DNA of 64,000 nt from Candidatus Nomurabacteria bacterium (GTDB taxonomy: Bacteria > Patescibacteriota > Minisyncoccia > Phycocordibacterales > UBA9973), in the NCBI GenBank assembly GCA_023267215.1, contig JAHFNS010000002.1, positions 256,892 to 320,891 on the forward strand, given 5' to 3'. A program made the position numbers and the translations under genes. Below, piece after piece: positions 56,874 to 64,000 of this stretch. Position 1 is the first letter of the stretch. Each line of letters begins with the position of its first letter. The notes beneath the pieces were generated by a model that saw only the letters and a program-made list of their open reading frames with translations, searched no databases and had not been told where the DNA came from.

Positions 56874-57974
56874 TTGTGTTATTATACTTTTATGTCAGAA
56901 AAAGGTGATATCAGTTCTATTTCGATAAACACCGGTACTATTATCCGCTTTTTTTTAGTGGCTCTTGGATTTTTTTTGATTTGGTATTTGAGAGATCTAT
57001 TTCTAGTACTCTTGACTGCTATAATGCTCGCTTCTTTTGTGGAAGCGGCTATACCTCATTTCAAAAAAATAAAAATTAACAGAGTCTTTGCGGTTGTAAT
57101 AATTTATATTTCTACTATTTTTGTATTAGCTCTCTTGTTTTATCTTTTTGTGCCACTACTTATAACAGAAATATATAATTTTTCTGTATTTTTATCATCT
57201 TATATTCCAGATTCTTCGATTATAAATTATTTTAAAAACGATGCTTTTTCTGGAGCAAAAGATATTATAAATAATCTTTCTCATAGTCTTTCTTTAACCA
57301 CTCTTATTGCCACTTCTAACGCTTTTATAAGTAGTCTTTCAACCGGATTTTTCCAAGTATTTTCCGTAGCCTTTGGTGGTATTTTCAATTTAGTTCTTAT
57401 TGTTCTTATTTCTTTTTATCTTTCGATTCAAGACAGAGGAATAGAGAAATTTTTAAGAATTATTTTACCATTGCAATATGAAGAATATGCAGTGGATTTG
57501 TGGGAACGTTCACGTAAGAAGATTGCTTTATGGATGAAAGGACAGTTGCTTTTAGGTATCCTTATTACTATTTTGACCTACTTAATGTTATCTATAATGG
57601 GAATTCAGTACGCTCTTCTTTTGTCTATTATTGCAGGATTGATGGAATTAATTCCTTATGGTATTTTAGTGGCCCTTATTCCAGCTGTTTATTTTTCTTT
57701 TCTTTCTGGTGGTATTGGGAGCGCTTTTATGGTTGCTGGAGCCTATATAATTTTACATCAATTTGAAGTTTTTCTTTTTTCTCCTTTAGTTATAAAAAGT
57801 GTAGTAGGGCTTTCTCCATTAGTGGTGATTATTGCAGCTACTATGGGTTTTGAATTAGGAGGATTTTGGGGCTTAGTACTTGCTATTCCAGTAGCAGTTT
57901 TTATAATGGAATTATTGGGTGATTTGGAAAAAAATAAAACTTTTGCTAGATCAAAAAATGATGACAAAAAATAG
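56874..57974 (+). CDS. AI-2E (PerM/YhhT) family transporter
   Basis: Eight TM helices and the LIAGLMELIPYG motif. Confidence 0.6.
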   Translation: MCYYTFMSEKGDISSISINTGTIIRFFLVALGFFLIWYLRDLFLVLLTAIMLASFVEAAIPHFKKIKINRVFAVVIIYISTIFVLALLFYLFVPLLITEIYNFSVFLSSYIPDSSIINYFKNDAFSGAKDIINNLSHSLSLTTLIATSNAFISSLSTGFFQVFSVAFGGIFNLVLIVLISFYLSIQDRGIEKFLRIILPLQYEEYAVDLWERSRKKIALWMKGQLLLGILITILTYLMLSIMGIQYALLLSIIAGLMELIPYGILVALIPAVYFSFLSGGIGSAFMVAGAYIILHQFEVFLFSPLVIKSVVGLSPLVVIIAATMGFELGGFWGLVLAIPVAVFIMELLGDLEKNKTFARSKNDDKK

Positions 57975-59442
57975 TTTTTACATTACGACTACATTGCCTT
58001 ACGTGAATGCTCCTCTACATATGGGACATGCACTTGAGCTTATACGTGCAGATGCGATAGCTCGTTGCAAAAAGTTATATGGTTTTGATGTTTACTTTAA
58101 TACTGGTACAGACGAACATGGTATAAAAATATACGAAAAAGCAAAAGAACAAAATTTAGATGTGCAAGATTTTGTTGATCAAGGATTCGAGACGTTCAAA
58201 AAACAATTAAAAATGTTTGGCATGAGTGATGATGTTCATTTTGTCCGTACTACAGACAAGCACCACATAGAATCAGCACAATATTTTTGGAAACTTGTTG
58301 AGAAAAATGGTTTTATCTACAAAAAAAATTACGAAACTAAATATTGTAAAAGTTGCGAAAGTGAAAAGACAGATTCAGAATTAGAAAATGATGAATGCAA
58401 AGAACATCTTGGGGTAAAAATTTCTGTAATAAATGAAGAAAATTATTTTTTCAAATATTCTTCTTTCCAAGATAAACTTTTAAATTTTTATGAAAAGAAT
58501 CCAAATTTTATAATTCCAGATTTTCGTTTTAATGAAATAAAAACATTTGTGAAAAATGGATTACAAGATTTTTCTATTTCAAGACTTAAAGCTAAAATGC
58601 CTTGGGGGATAGAGGTACCAGGGGATAGTGAACATGTGATGTATGTGTGGTTTGATGCATTGGTTAATTATATTTCTACTTTAGGCTGGCCCGAGAATTC
58701 TCCCCGCCTTGTGGAGGAGGGGGTTGGGGGTGGTGATGAGAATTTATTCGAAAAATTTTGGGTGAATGGCACTCCTACACAATATTGTGGTAAAGATAAT
58801 ACCCGTTTTCAAGGTGCTATGTGGCAAGCTATGCTTTTTGCCGCAGATGTTCCAAATTCCCATCAGATAATAGTAGATGGTTTTATTACAGGGGAAGGTG
58901 GAATAAAAATGTCTAAATCTCTTGGTAATGTTGTTGACCCCAGAGATATCGTAGATGAGTATGGAGTAGAGGCTCTTAGATATTTCTTATTGAAGGAAGT
59001 AAGTAGTTTTGAAGATAGTCCTTTTACCATAGAACGATTCAAAGATTCTTACAATTCAGGTCTTGCAAACGGTTTAGGCAACTTATCCTCAAGAATTTTA
59101 ACTCTTTCAGAAAAATATTTAGAAAAATGTCCAGAGATTCCAGAAGTAACAGATTTTACAGAATATTTTAAAATTTACGAAGAATTTGATTTAAAGAAAG
59201 TAATGGATTATATCTGGGATAAGATACAAAACCTTGATAAAAAAATTCAAGAAACACAGCCTTTTAAAGTTGTGAAGATAGACGAAGAAAAAGGGAGGGA
59301 AATGATAAAAGAATTAATTTTAGAACTTTATACTATTGCACGAATGCTAAATCCTGTAATGCCAGAAACAAATGAAAAACTAAAGAAATTAATTAGAGAA
59401 AACAAAAAACCAGAAGCCCCTCTATTTTTAAGGAAAGAATAA
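57958..59442 (+). CDS. metG: Methionine--tRNA ligase
   Basis: HMGH (PLHMGHALE), KMSKS (KMSKSLGN) and a CxxC zinc knuckle. The start is likely at 57958 (MMTKN) rather than 57919, which would overlap the upstream gene by 56 nt. Confidence 0.85.
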   Translation: MMTKNSFYITTTLPYVNAPLHMGHALELIRADAIARCKKLYGFDVYFNTGTDEHGIKIYEKAKEQNLDVQDFVDQGFETFKKQLKMFGMSDDVHFVRTTDKHHIESAQYFWKLVEKNGFIYKKNYETKYCKSCESEKTDSELENDECKEHLGVKISVINEENYFFKYSSFQDKLLNFYEKNPNFIIPDFRFNEIKTFVKNGLQDFSISRLKAKMPWGIEVPGDSEHVMYVWFDALVNYISTLGWPENSPRLVEEGVGGGDENLFEKFWVNGTPTQYCGKDNTRFQGAMWQAMLFAADVPNSHQIIVDGFITGEGGIKMSKSLGNVVDPRDIVDEYGVEALRYFLLKEVSSFEDSPFTIERFKDSYNSGLANGLGNLSSRILTLSEKYLEKCPEIPEVTDFTEYFKIYEEFDLKKVMDYIWDKIQNLDKKIQETQPFKVVKIDEEKGREMIKELILELYTIARMLNPVMPETNEKLKKLIRENKKPEAPLFLRKE

Positions 59443-59443
59443 T

Positions 59444-60337
59444 ATGATTCCAAAATACATCGATATACACGCACATGTAAATTTTAAAGTCTTTGAAGAA
59501 GATCATGATATTGTCACGCGTAGGGCACTTGATAATGATACTTGGTTTTTCAATGTTGGCACTCAGATAGATACTTCTCGTGAAGCCATGAGGATGGCCC
59601 ACAGGTATGAAGATGGTGTTTTTGCTGTAGTCGGATTGCATCCGATACACACAGATGCTTCTTATCATGATAAACAAGAGCTAGGAGAAGAGGGAATAGA
59701 GTTCACTTCGCGAGGGGAAGCTTTTGATAAAGAAGCTTATAGGGAGCTTTTAAAAGATCCGAAAGTAGTCGCTATCGGTGAATGTGGTCTTGATTATTTT
59801 CACACAGAAGAGAAATCCATTGCCAAACAAAAGAAAACATTTATAGAACAAATAGAGTTGGCCAACGAAGTGGGCAAGCCACTTATGATACATGTCCGAA
59901 ATAATTATGAGGATGAAAGCAGGAATGCCTATGTTGATATTTTGGAAATTTTAAAAAAGCATGCAAAAGTGAAAGGAGTGGTTCATTTTTTTGAAGGTAG
60001 CTTAGAAGACGCAAATAATTTTATAAAAATTGGTTTTATGATTTCTTTCACTGGGGCCATCACGTATCCTTCTAGAAAAAATAAAAGGAATTGTGATTAT
60101 GAAGAGATAATAAGTAATATTCCTCTTGATATGATACTAACAGATACTGATTCTCCTTATCTAGCGCCCGTACCACATCGTGGAAAACGAAACGAGCCCT
60201 TATACGTCAAAGAAATAGTCAAAAGGATTGCTGAAATTAAAAGTTTACCAGAAGTCGAAGTGGCGAAGGCTATCATAGCAAATGCTAAGAAACTTTTTTT
60301 GATCCCATCGCTCTCGAGCGACAGGGTGGACATTTAA
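59444..60337 (+). CDS. tatD: TatD-family metal-dependent hydrolase
   Basis: IDIHAHVNF, GECGLDYF and DTDSPYLAP motifs. Confidence 0.85.
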   Translation: MIPKYIDIHAHVNFKVFEEDHDIVTRRALDNDTWFFNVGTQIDTSREAMRMAHRYEDGVFAVVGLHPIHTDASYHDKQELGEEGIEFTSRGEAFDKEAYRELLKDPKVVAIGECGLDYFHTEEKSIAKQKKTFIEQIELANEVGKPLMIHVRNNYEDESRNAYVDILEILKKHAKVKGVVHFFEGSLEDANNFIKIGFMISFTGAITYPSRKNKRNCDYEEIISNIPLDMILTDTDSPYLAPVPHRGKRNEPLYVKEIVKRIAEIKSLPEVEVAKAIIANAKKLFLIPSLSSDRVDI

Positions 60338-60362
60338 GGCCAAAATTGCTAATATATTTCTA

Positions 60363-60411
60363 TCTCATTTGAACTGGCACTGAATCCAGTTCACAAAGGT
60401 CCATAATGAGA
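60363..60411 (+). promoter_or_regulatory. Structured 5' leader of the rpsF-ssb-rpsR operon (nested hairpins TCTCATT[TGAACTGG..CCAGTTCA]..AATGAGA)
   Basis: Perfect 7-bp outer stem and 8-bp inner stem, 15 nt upstream of the rpsF ATG. Its position is consistent with the S6:S18 autoregulatory rpsF leaders described in other bacteria. Confidence 0.35.
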
Positions 60412-60425
60412 TTTATTAAAAGTAA

Positions 60426-60929
60426 TTGAAATATCTAAAAAATATGGAAGAAACAAATGAGAATGTAGAAGCTAGTTCTCGTATTTATGAAGTTGCGTAT
60501 CTTTTGTCTTCAAATATTTCTGAAGAAGAAATACCCGTTGTTTATGGTAATTTGAAAGATCTTATTATCAACTTGGGTGGAGAAATAATTTCAGACGAAA
60601 TGCCTAAAATGATTCCTCTTTCTTATACGATGACTAAAGTTGTCCAAAATATCCGAAGCAAGTTTACTTCAGCTTTTTTTGGTTGGGTAAAATTTGAAAT
60701 GAAATCGGAAAAAGTTTTAGAATTGAAGAAAAAACTTGATTTAGATCCAAATCTTATCAGATTTTTGATTTTAAAAACGGTCAAAGAAAATACTATTGCC
60801 GCCAAAAGATTTGTTTATAGAGATTCAAAAAGAAAAATGCCGATAATAAAAAAAGAAGATCAAAACGAGACTTCTTTACCTATCGACAAAGAAGAGATTG
60901 ATAAAGAAATAGATGCTATGGTCGCTTAA
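60426..60929 (+). CDS. rpsF: 30S ribosomal protein S6 (with a C-terminal extension)
   Basis: The YEVAYLL...SEEE..L....GGEI.....L.Y pattern and its position before ssb and rpsR. Confidence 0.7.
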   Translation: MKYLKNMEETNENVEASSRIYEVAYLLSSNISEEEIPVVYGNLKDLIINLGGEIISDEMPKMIPLSYTMTKVVQNIRSKFTSAFFGWVKFEMKSEKVLELKKKLDLDPNLIRFLILKTVKENTIAAKRFVYRDSKRKMPIIKKEDQNETSLPIDKEEIDKEIDAMVA

Positions 60930-60954
60930 TTATTAGTATTAATTTAAAAAATAT

Positions 60955-61410
60955 ATGTACTTAAATAAAGCAATTGTAATAGGAAATCTTACTCGTGATC
61001 CAGAGATTCGTTCTCTACCATCGGGTATAAAAGTTTGTTCTTTTTCTTTAGCTACCAATCGTGTCTGGAAAGATAAAAATGGTGCACGTCAAGAATCTAC
61101 AGATTATCATAATGTTGTTGTCTTTGGACGCCAAGCAGAAACAGTCGCTCAATATATGAAAAAAGGAAGTTCAATCCTCGTAGAAGGTAGAATGCAGACT
61201 AGAAGTTGGGATGACAAAACAAGTGGAGAAAAAAAATATCGTACAGAAATAGTAGCAGATCGCACTCAATTTGGTCCAAAGAGTGGGGGAAGTTCTGAAA
61301 CAGTTCAAGATTCAGATTCTTCTAAGGCATCAAGTGTAAAAGAGAAAGAAGGACTTGATACGATAGAATATCCAGAGGAAGATATTAATCCAGAAGATAT
61401 ACCTTTTTAG
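60955..61410 (+). CDS. ssb: Single-stranded DNA-binding protein
   Basis: OB fold (NKAIVIGNLTRDPEIR..YHNVVVFGRQAE) and the acidic tail EEDINPEDIPF. Confidence 0.9.
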   Translation: MYLNKAIVIGNLTRDPEIRSLPSGIKVCSFSLATNRVWKDKNGARQESTDYHNVVVFGRQAETVAQYMKKGSSILVEGRMQTRSWDDKTSGEKKYRTEIVADRTQFGPKSGGSSETVQDSDSSKASSVKEKEGLDTIEYPEEDINPEDIPF

Positions 61411-61424
61411 TAATTAAGTAAAGT

Positions 61425-61468
61425 CCCTAAGCTGGGCATAGGGGATTCCCCTATGCCCAGCTTAGGGG
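61425..61468. repeat. Near-perfect 44-bp palindrome CCCTAAGCTGGGCATAGGGGA|TTCCCCTATGCCCAGCTTAGGG, CCCAGCTTAGGGG family
   Basis: It lies between ssb and rpsR. Same core as the elements at 2500-2545 and 4283-4325. Confidence 0.6.
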
Positions 61469-61480
61469 CACAACAAAACA

Positions 61481-61681
61481 ATGAAACAAGATTATTTTTC
61501 AGCAAACAATATAAAATACATAGACTATAAGGATATTGATATTCTAAAAAGATTTTTAAATCCAAATGGTAAAATTATGAGTCATAAACGTACAGGACTT
61601 ACAGCTAAAAATCAACGAGCTTTAGCTTTGGCTGTTAAAAATGCACGATTTATGGGGTTACTTCCTTTTGTCGCAAGATAA
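61481..61681 (+). CDS. rpsR: 30S ribosomal protein S18
   Basis: YIDYKD..LLKRF....GKI...RTGL.AK.QR.L..A.K.AR...LLP. Confidence 0.9.
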   Translation: MKQDYFSANNIKYIDYKDIDILKRFLNPNGKIMSHKRTGLTAKNQRALALAVKNARFMGLLPFVAR

Positions 61682-61690
61682 AAAACACAA

Positions 61691-61786
61691 AACCCCTCCC
61701 AACCTCCCCTTGTCAGAGGAGGAATTCACCTCTCCCCAGCCCCTCTCCTTCTCAAGGAGAGGGGTAAAGGGGTGAGGTAGGGGGTT
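61691..61786. repeat. GC-rich multi-hairpin REP-like element
   Basis: CCCCTTGTCAGAGGAGG..CACCTCTCCCCAGCCCCTCTCCTTCTCAAGGAGAGGGG..GGGGTGAGG. Same family as 13473-13546. Confidence 0.6.
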
Positions 61787-61809
61787 GTATTAAAATTAAT
61801 TTTTTAAAT

Positions 61810-62382
61810 ATGCTTCAATATAACGAAATAAGAGAGAAAAAAATAATAATTTACAATGATGAACCTTGCGAAGTTGTAGATTCGCATGTTGCACGTACTC
61901 AACAAAGAAAACCTCAGAACCAAGTAAAATTAAAAAGTTTAATTTCTGGTAAAACTATTGCAGCCACTTTTCATGTTTCTGATACAGCCGATGAAGCAGA
62001 TATAGAAAAACGTGAAGTTAAATTTTTATATCACAACAGAGGTGAATATTGGTTTTGTGACATAGATAATCCAAAAAATAGATTTGAACTTGATTCTACG
62101 CTTGTTGGTGATGCAGGGAAATTTTTTAAAGAGAATGGTACTGTCGTGGCTCTCGTTTGGGACAATGATGGTGAAGAAAAAACAATAAAAATAACTCTAC
62201 CCATCAAAATGGAATTCAAAGTAAAAGAAGCACCCCCAGCAGTCAGGGGAGATACTTCTAAAAGTGGAAATAAAATAATTACTCTTGAAAATGGAACGAC
62301 CTTAAATGCTCCAATGTTTATCGAAGAAGGAGATGTCATTCGTCTCAATACTGAGACAGGGGAATACGTGGAAAGAGTTTAG
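61810..62382 (+). CDS. efp: Elongation factor P
   Basis: KOW-like N-terminal domain with the conserved KPQNQVKLKS region (the Lys modification loop) and two OB domains. Confidence 0.9.
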   Translation: MLQYNEIREKKIIIYNDEPCEVVDSHVARTQQRKPQNQVKLKSLISGKTIAATFHVSDTADEADIEKREVKFLYHNRGEYWFCDIDNPKNRFELDSTLVGDAGKFFKENGTVVALVWDNDGEEKTIKITLPIKMEFKVKEAPPAVRGDTSKSGNKIITLENGTTLNAPMFIEEGDVIRLNTETGEYVERV

Positions 62383-62390
62383 ACCAATAA

Positions 62391-62422
62391 AAAAGCATCT
62401 ACGCTATAGCGTAGATGCTTTT
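62391..62422. terminator. Bidirectional intrinsic terminator AAAAGCATCTACGC-TATA-GCGTAGATGCTTTT between efp and recA
   Basis: 14-bp perfect stem with A and T flanks. It shares the CATCTACGC stem with the 16131-16162 terminator. Confidence 0.6.
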
Positions 62423-62433
62423 TTATTTTCTTT

Positions 62434-63474
62434 TTAAATTTCTTCAGAAAACTTTTTGCGGATTTCTTTTAATATTTGTTCTGCTATCTTTTTATTTTCT
62501 TTCAAGAATGTGCGAGTGCTATCGTAGCCTACTCCTAATTTCACTTTTTCCACTTTTTCCCCGACTGGTATATAGAAATATGAATTACCAGTTTTTTCTA
62601 TAATTTTGAATTTCTCTCCCAATGCAATGATTTCTCCTTCTTTAGAGATTCCTTCATTATAAATGATATCAAATTCTGTTTGTTTAAATGGTGCAGCTAC
62701 TTTATTTTTTACTACTTTCACACGCGTACGAGAGCCAACAATATCTTCACCTTTTTTAATTTGAGCAATTTTTCTTATATCCAGACGAACAGAGGTGTAG
62801 AATTTCAAAGCTTTACCTCCAGGAGTGGTTTCAGGATTACCAAACATCACACCTATTTGCATTCTAATTTGATTTATAAATATGACGACAGTTTTTGATC
62901 TTGAGACTATGGCTGTTAGTTTGCGGAGTGCTTGAGACATGAGTCTTGCTTGTTTGCCGACATGATAAGCTCCCATATCTCCCTCTATTTCATCTTTTGG
63001 GGTGAGGGCAGCGACAGAATCAATGACGATAACATCGATCTTGCCTGTGCGGACGAGACTCTCGACAATTTCCAATGCTTGTTCACCAGTATCTGGTTGA
63101 GAAATAAGTAATTGATCAATATTCACTCCAAGTTTTTTTGTATAATCTGGATCCATGGCATGTTCGGCATCTATATATGCACAGACTCCTCCCAATTTTT
63201 GAGCTTCAGCTACGATATGTAAAGAGAGGGTAGTTTTTCCTGAAGATTCTGGTCCGAATATTTCAATAATTCTTCCGCGAGGAATTCCACCGACACCGAG
63301 TGCCATATCTAGCCCGATGGATCCTGTCGGTATTGTATTAATATCTACTTTTGGTGAATCACCGAGCTTCATAATAGAACCTTCACCAAATTTTGCTTGG
63401 ATTGCTTTCACAGTATCATCAAGCAAAGATACTCCCATAGTTTTATCTTCCTTTTTTATTTTTTTCTTTTGCAT
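62434..63474 (-). CDS. recA: Recombinase RecA
   Basis: Walker [10 protein letters not shown], the L1/L2 loops and the conserved core. Confidence 0.95.
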   Translation of the reverse strand: MQKKKIKKEDKTMGVSLLDDTVKAIQAKFGEGSIMKLGDSPKVDINTIPTGSIGLDMALGVGGIPRGRIIEIFGPESSGKTTLSLHIVAEAQKLGGVCAYIDAEHAMDPDYTKKLGVNIDQLLISQPDTGEQALEIVESLVRTGKIDVIVIDSVAALTPKDEIEGDMGAYHVGKQARLMSQALRKLTAIVSRSKTVVIFINQIRMQIGVMFGNPETTPGGKALKFYTSVRLDIRKIAQIKKGEDIVGSRTRVKVVKNKVAAPFKQTEFDIIYNEGISKEGEIIALGEKFKIIEKTGNSYFYIPVGEKVEKVKLGVGYDSTRTFLKENKKIAEQILKEIRKKFSEEI

Positions 63475-63481
63475 ATTTTTT

Positions 63482-63826
63482 CTAATAAATTAACTTATAA
63501 TTTTTTTCATCACTATTTCCAAAATCATCTTTGGCTTTGATAGTTATTATATTATAACCCGAAAGAAGAATAATTGTTTCGTCAAAATTTCCTTCTTGAT
63601 CTATTGAAATAGGACGGTCGTTTAAAGTTAAAATATTGGCATTTTTAGCATTGCCTGTTATTTTTAGAATATTATCAGCAACTTTTGTGCCATCCACTAT
63701 ATTTACATCTTTTATTTTTACACCAAAGATAACATCTTTAGAGCGAAAAAAACTATATATAATTATAAAAAGTAAAAAAACAGAAATTAAAACTATTTTT
63801 AATATTTTTTTCGCATCTGTGTTCAT
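63482..63826 (-). CDS. Hypothetical small membrane-anchored protein
   Basis: N-terminal TM helix. It lies between ftsK and recA on the same strand. Confidence 0.4.
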   Translation of the reverse strand: MNTDAKKILKIVLISVFLLFIIIYSFFRSKDVIFGVKIKDVNIVDGTKVADNILKITGNAKNANILTLNDRPISIDQEGNFDETIILLSGYNIITIKAKDDFGNSDEKNYKLIY

Positions 63827-63833
63827 AAATTCC

Positions 63834-64000
63834 CTAGATTACATTTTCTCCATTTTCTGTATGCTCAATTTTCTCTAAAACTTCTCTTGGTTTTGCTCCG
63901 TCACCCGCGCTGATCACTCCGCGTTCTTCTAATTTATCCATAAGTCTAGCGGCTCGAGCATAACCCAATTTTAGTTTTCTTTGCAAATAAGAAGTGGAAG
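63834..64000 (-). CDS. ftsK: FtsK/SpoIIIE DNA translocase, C-terminal gamma (winged-helix) domain fragment; the 5' part lies outside the window
   Basis: The reverse-strand translation ..[54 protein letters not shown] matches the FtsK gamma domain (SYLQRK..IGYNRAAR..ME..GIVS...G...REVL). Confidence 0.8.
   Translation of the reverse strand, partial: STSYLQRKLKLGYARAARLMDKLEERGVISAGDGAKPREVLEKIEHTENGENVI

Overview
AT-rich, gene-dense bacterial chromosomal window. Most of it is housekeeping genes, in an order typical of a small-genome, Gram-positive-like or CPR/Patescibacteria-like organism (the lineage is an inference): pnp, comM, lexA, hup, rny, clpP, tig, hppA, nusA, tpiA-pgk, recJ, rnhA, comEC, sodA, glyA, tmk, dut, argS, ileS, recO, glyQS, metG, tatD, rpsF-ssb-rpsR, efp, recA, ftsK. 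I found no rRNA, tRNA or CRISPR array. Several accessory or unusual items sit between the housekeeping genes. (1) A radical-SAM/SPASM maturase is followed 37 nt downstream by an unannotated 49-codon Cys-containing ORF with a consensus AGGAGG Shine-Dalgarno, and a MazF/PemK-like gene lies upstream; together these look like a RiPP-like cassette. (2) A family of GC-rich multi-hairpin REP-like elements has four copies. One sits in-frame inside the pnp coding sequence. Two bracket an IS200-like/RAYT Y1-transposase that is itself flanked by the palindrome CCCGAGGGTTATCCTCGGG, and this block interrupts tig-clpP synteny. (3) A second palindromic intergenic element family (CCCAGCTTAGGGG) has three copies. 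(4) ileS carries an in-frame ~200-aa histidine-phosphatase (PGAM-like) domain insertion. (5) The lexA operon is driven by a perfect TTGACA-N17-TATACT promoter whose spacer is a Cheo-type SOS box (GAAC-N4-GTTC), with a small co-transcribed ORF; dinD-like, dksA-like, trmB-like and NDT-like genes lie nearby. (6) Two paralogous secreted proteins carry T9SS-type C-terminal sorting domains and share an identical ~250-bp promoter plus signal-peptide region; they flank a NYN gene. (7) A 1591-aa surface protein contains two pairs of nucleotide-identical internal repeats (Fn3-like and Listeria-Bacteroides repeat domains). (8) comEC is split into two ORFs by sodA on the opposite strand. All functional calls rest on motif recognition by eye; no database search was possible.
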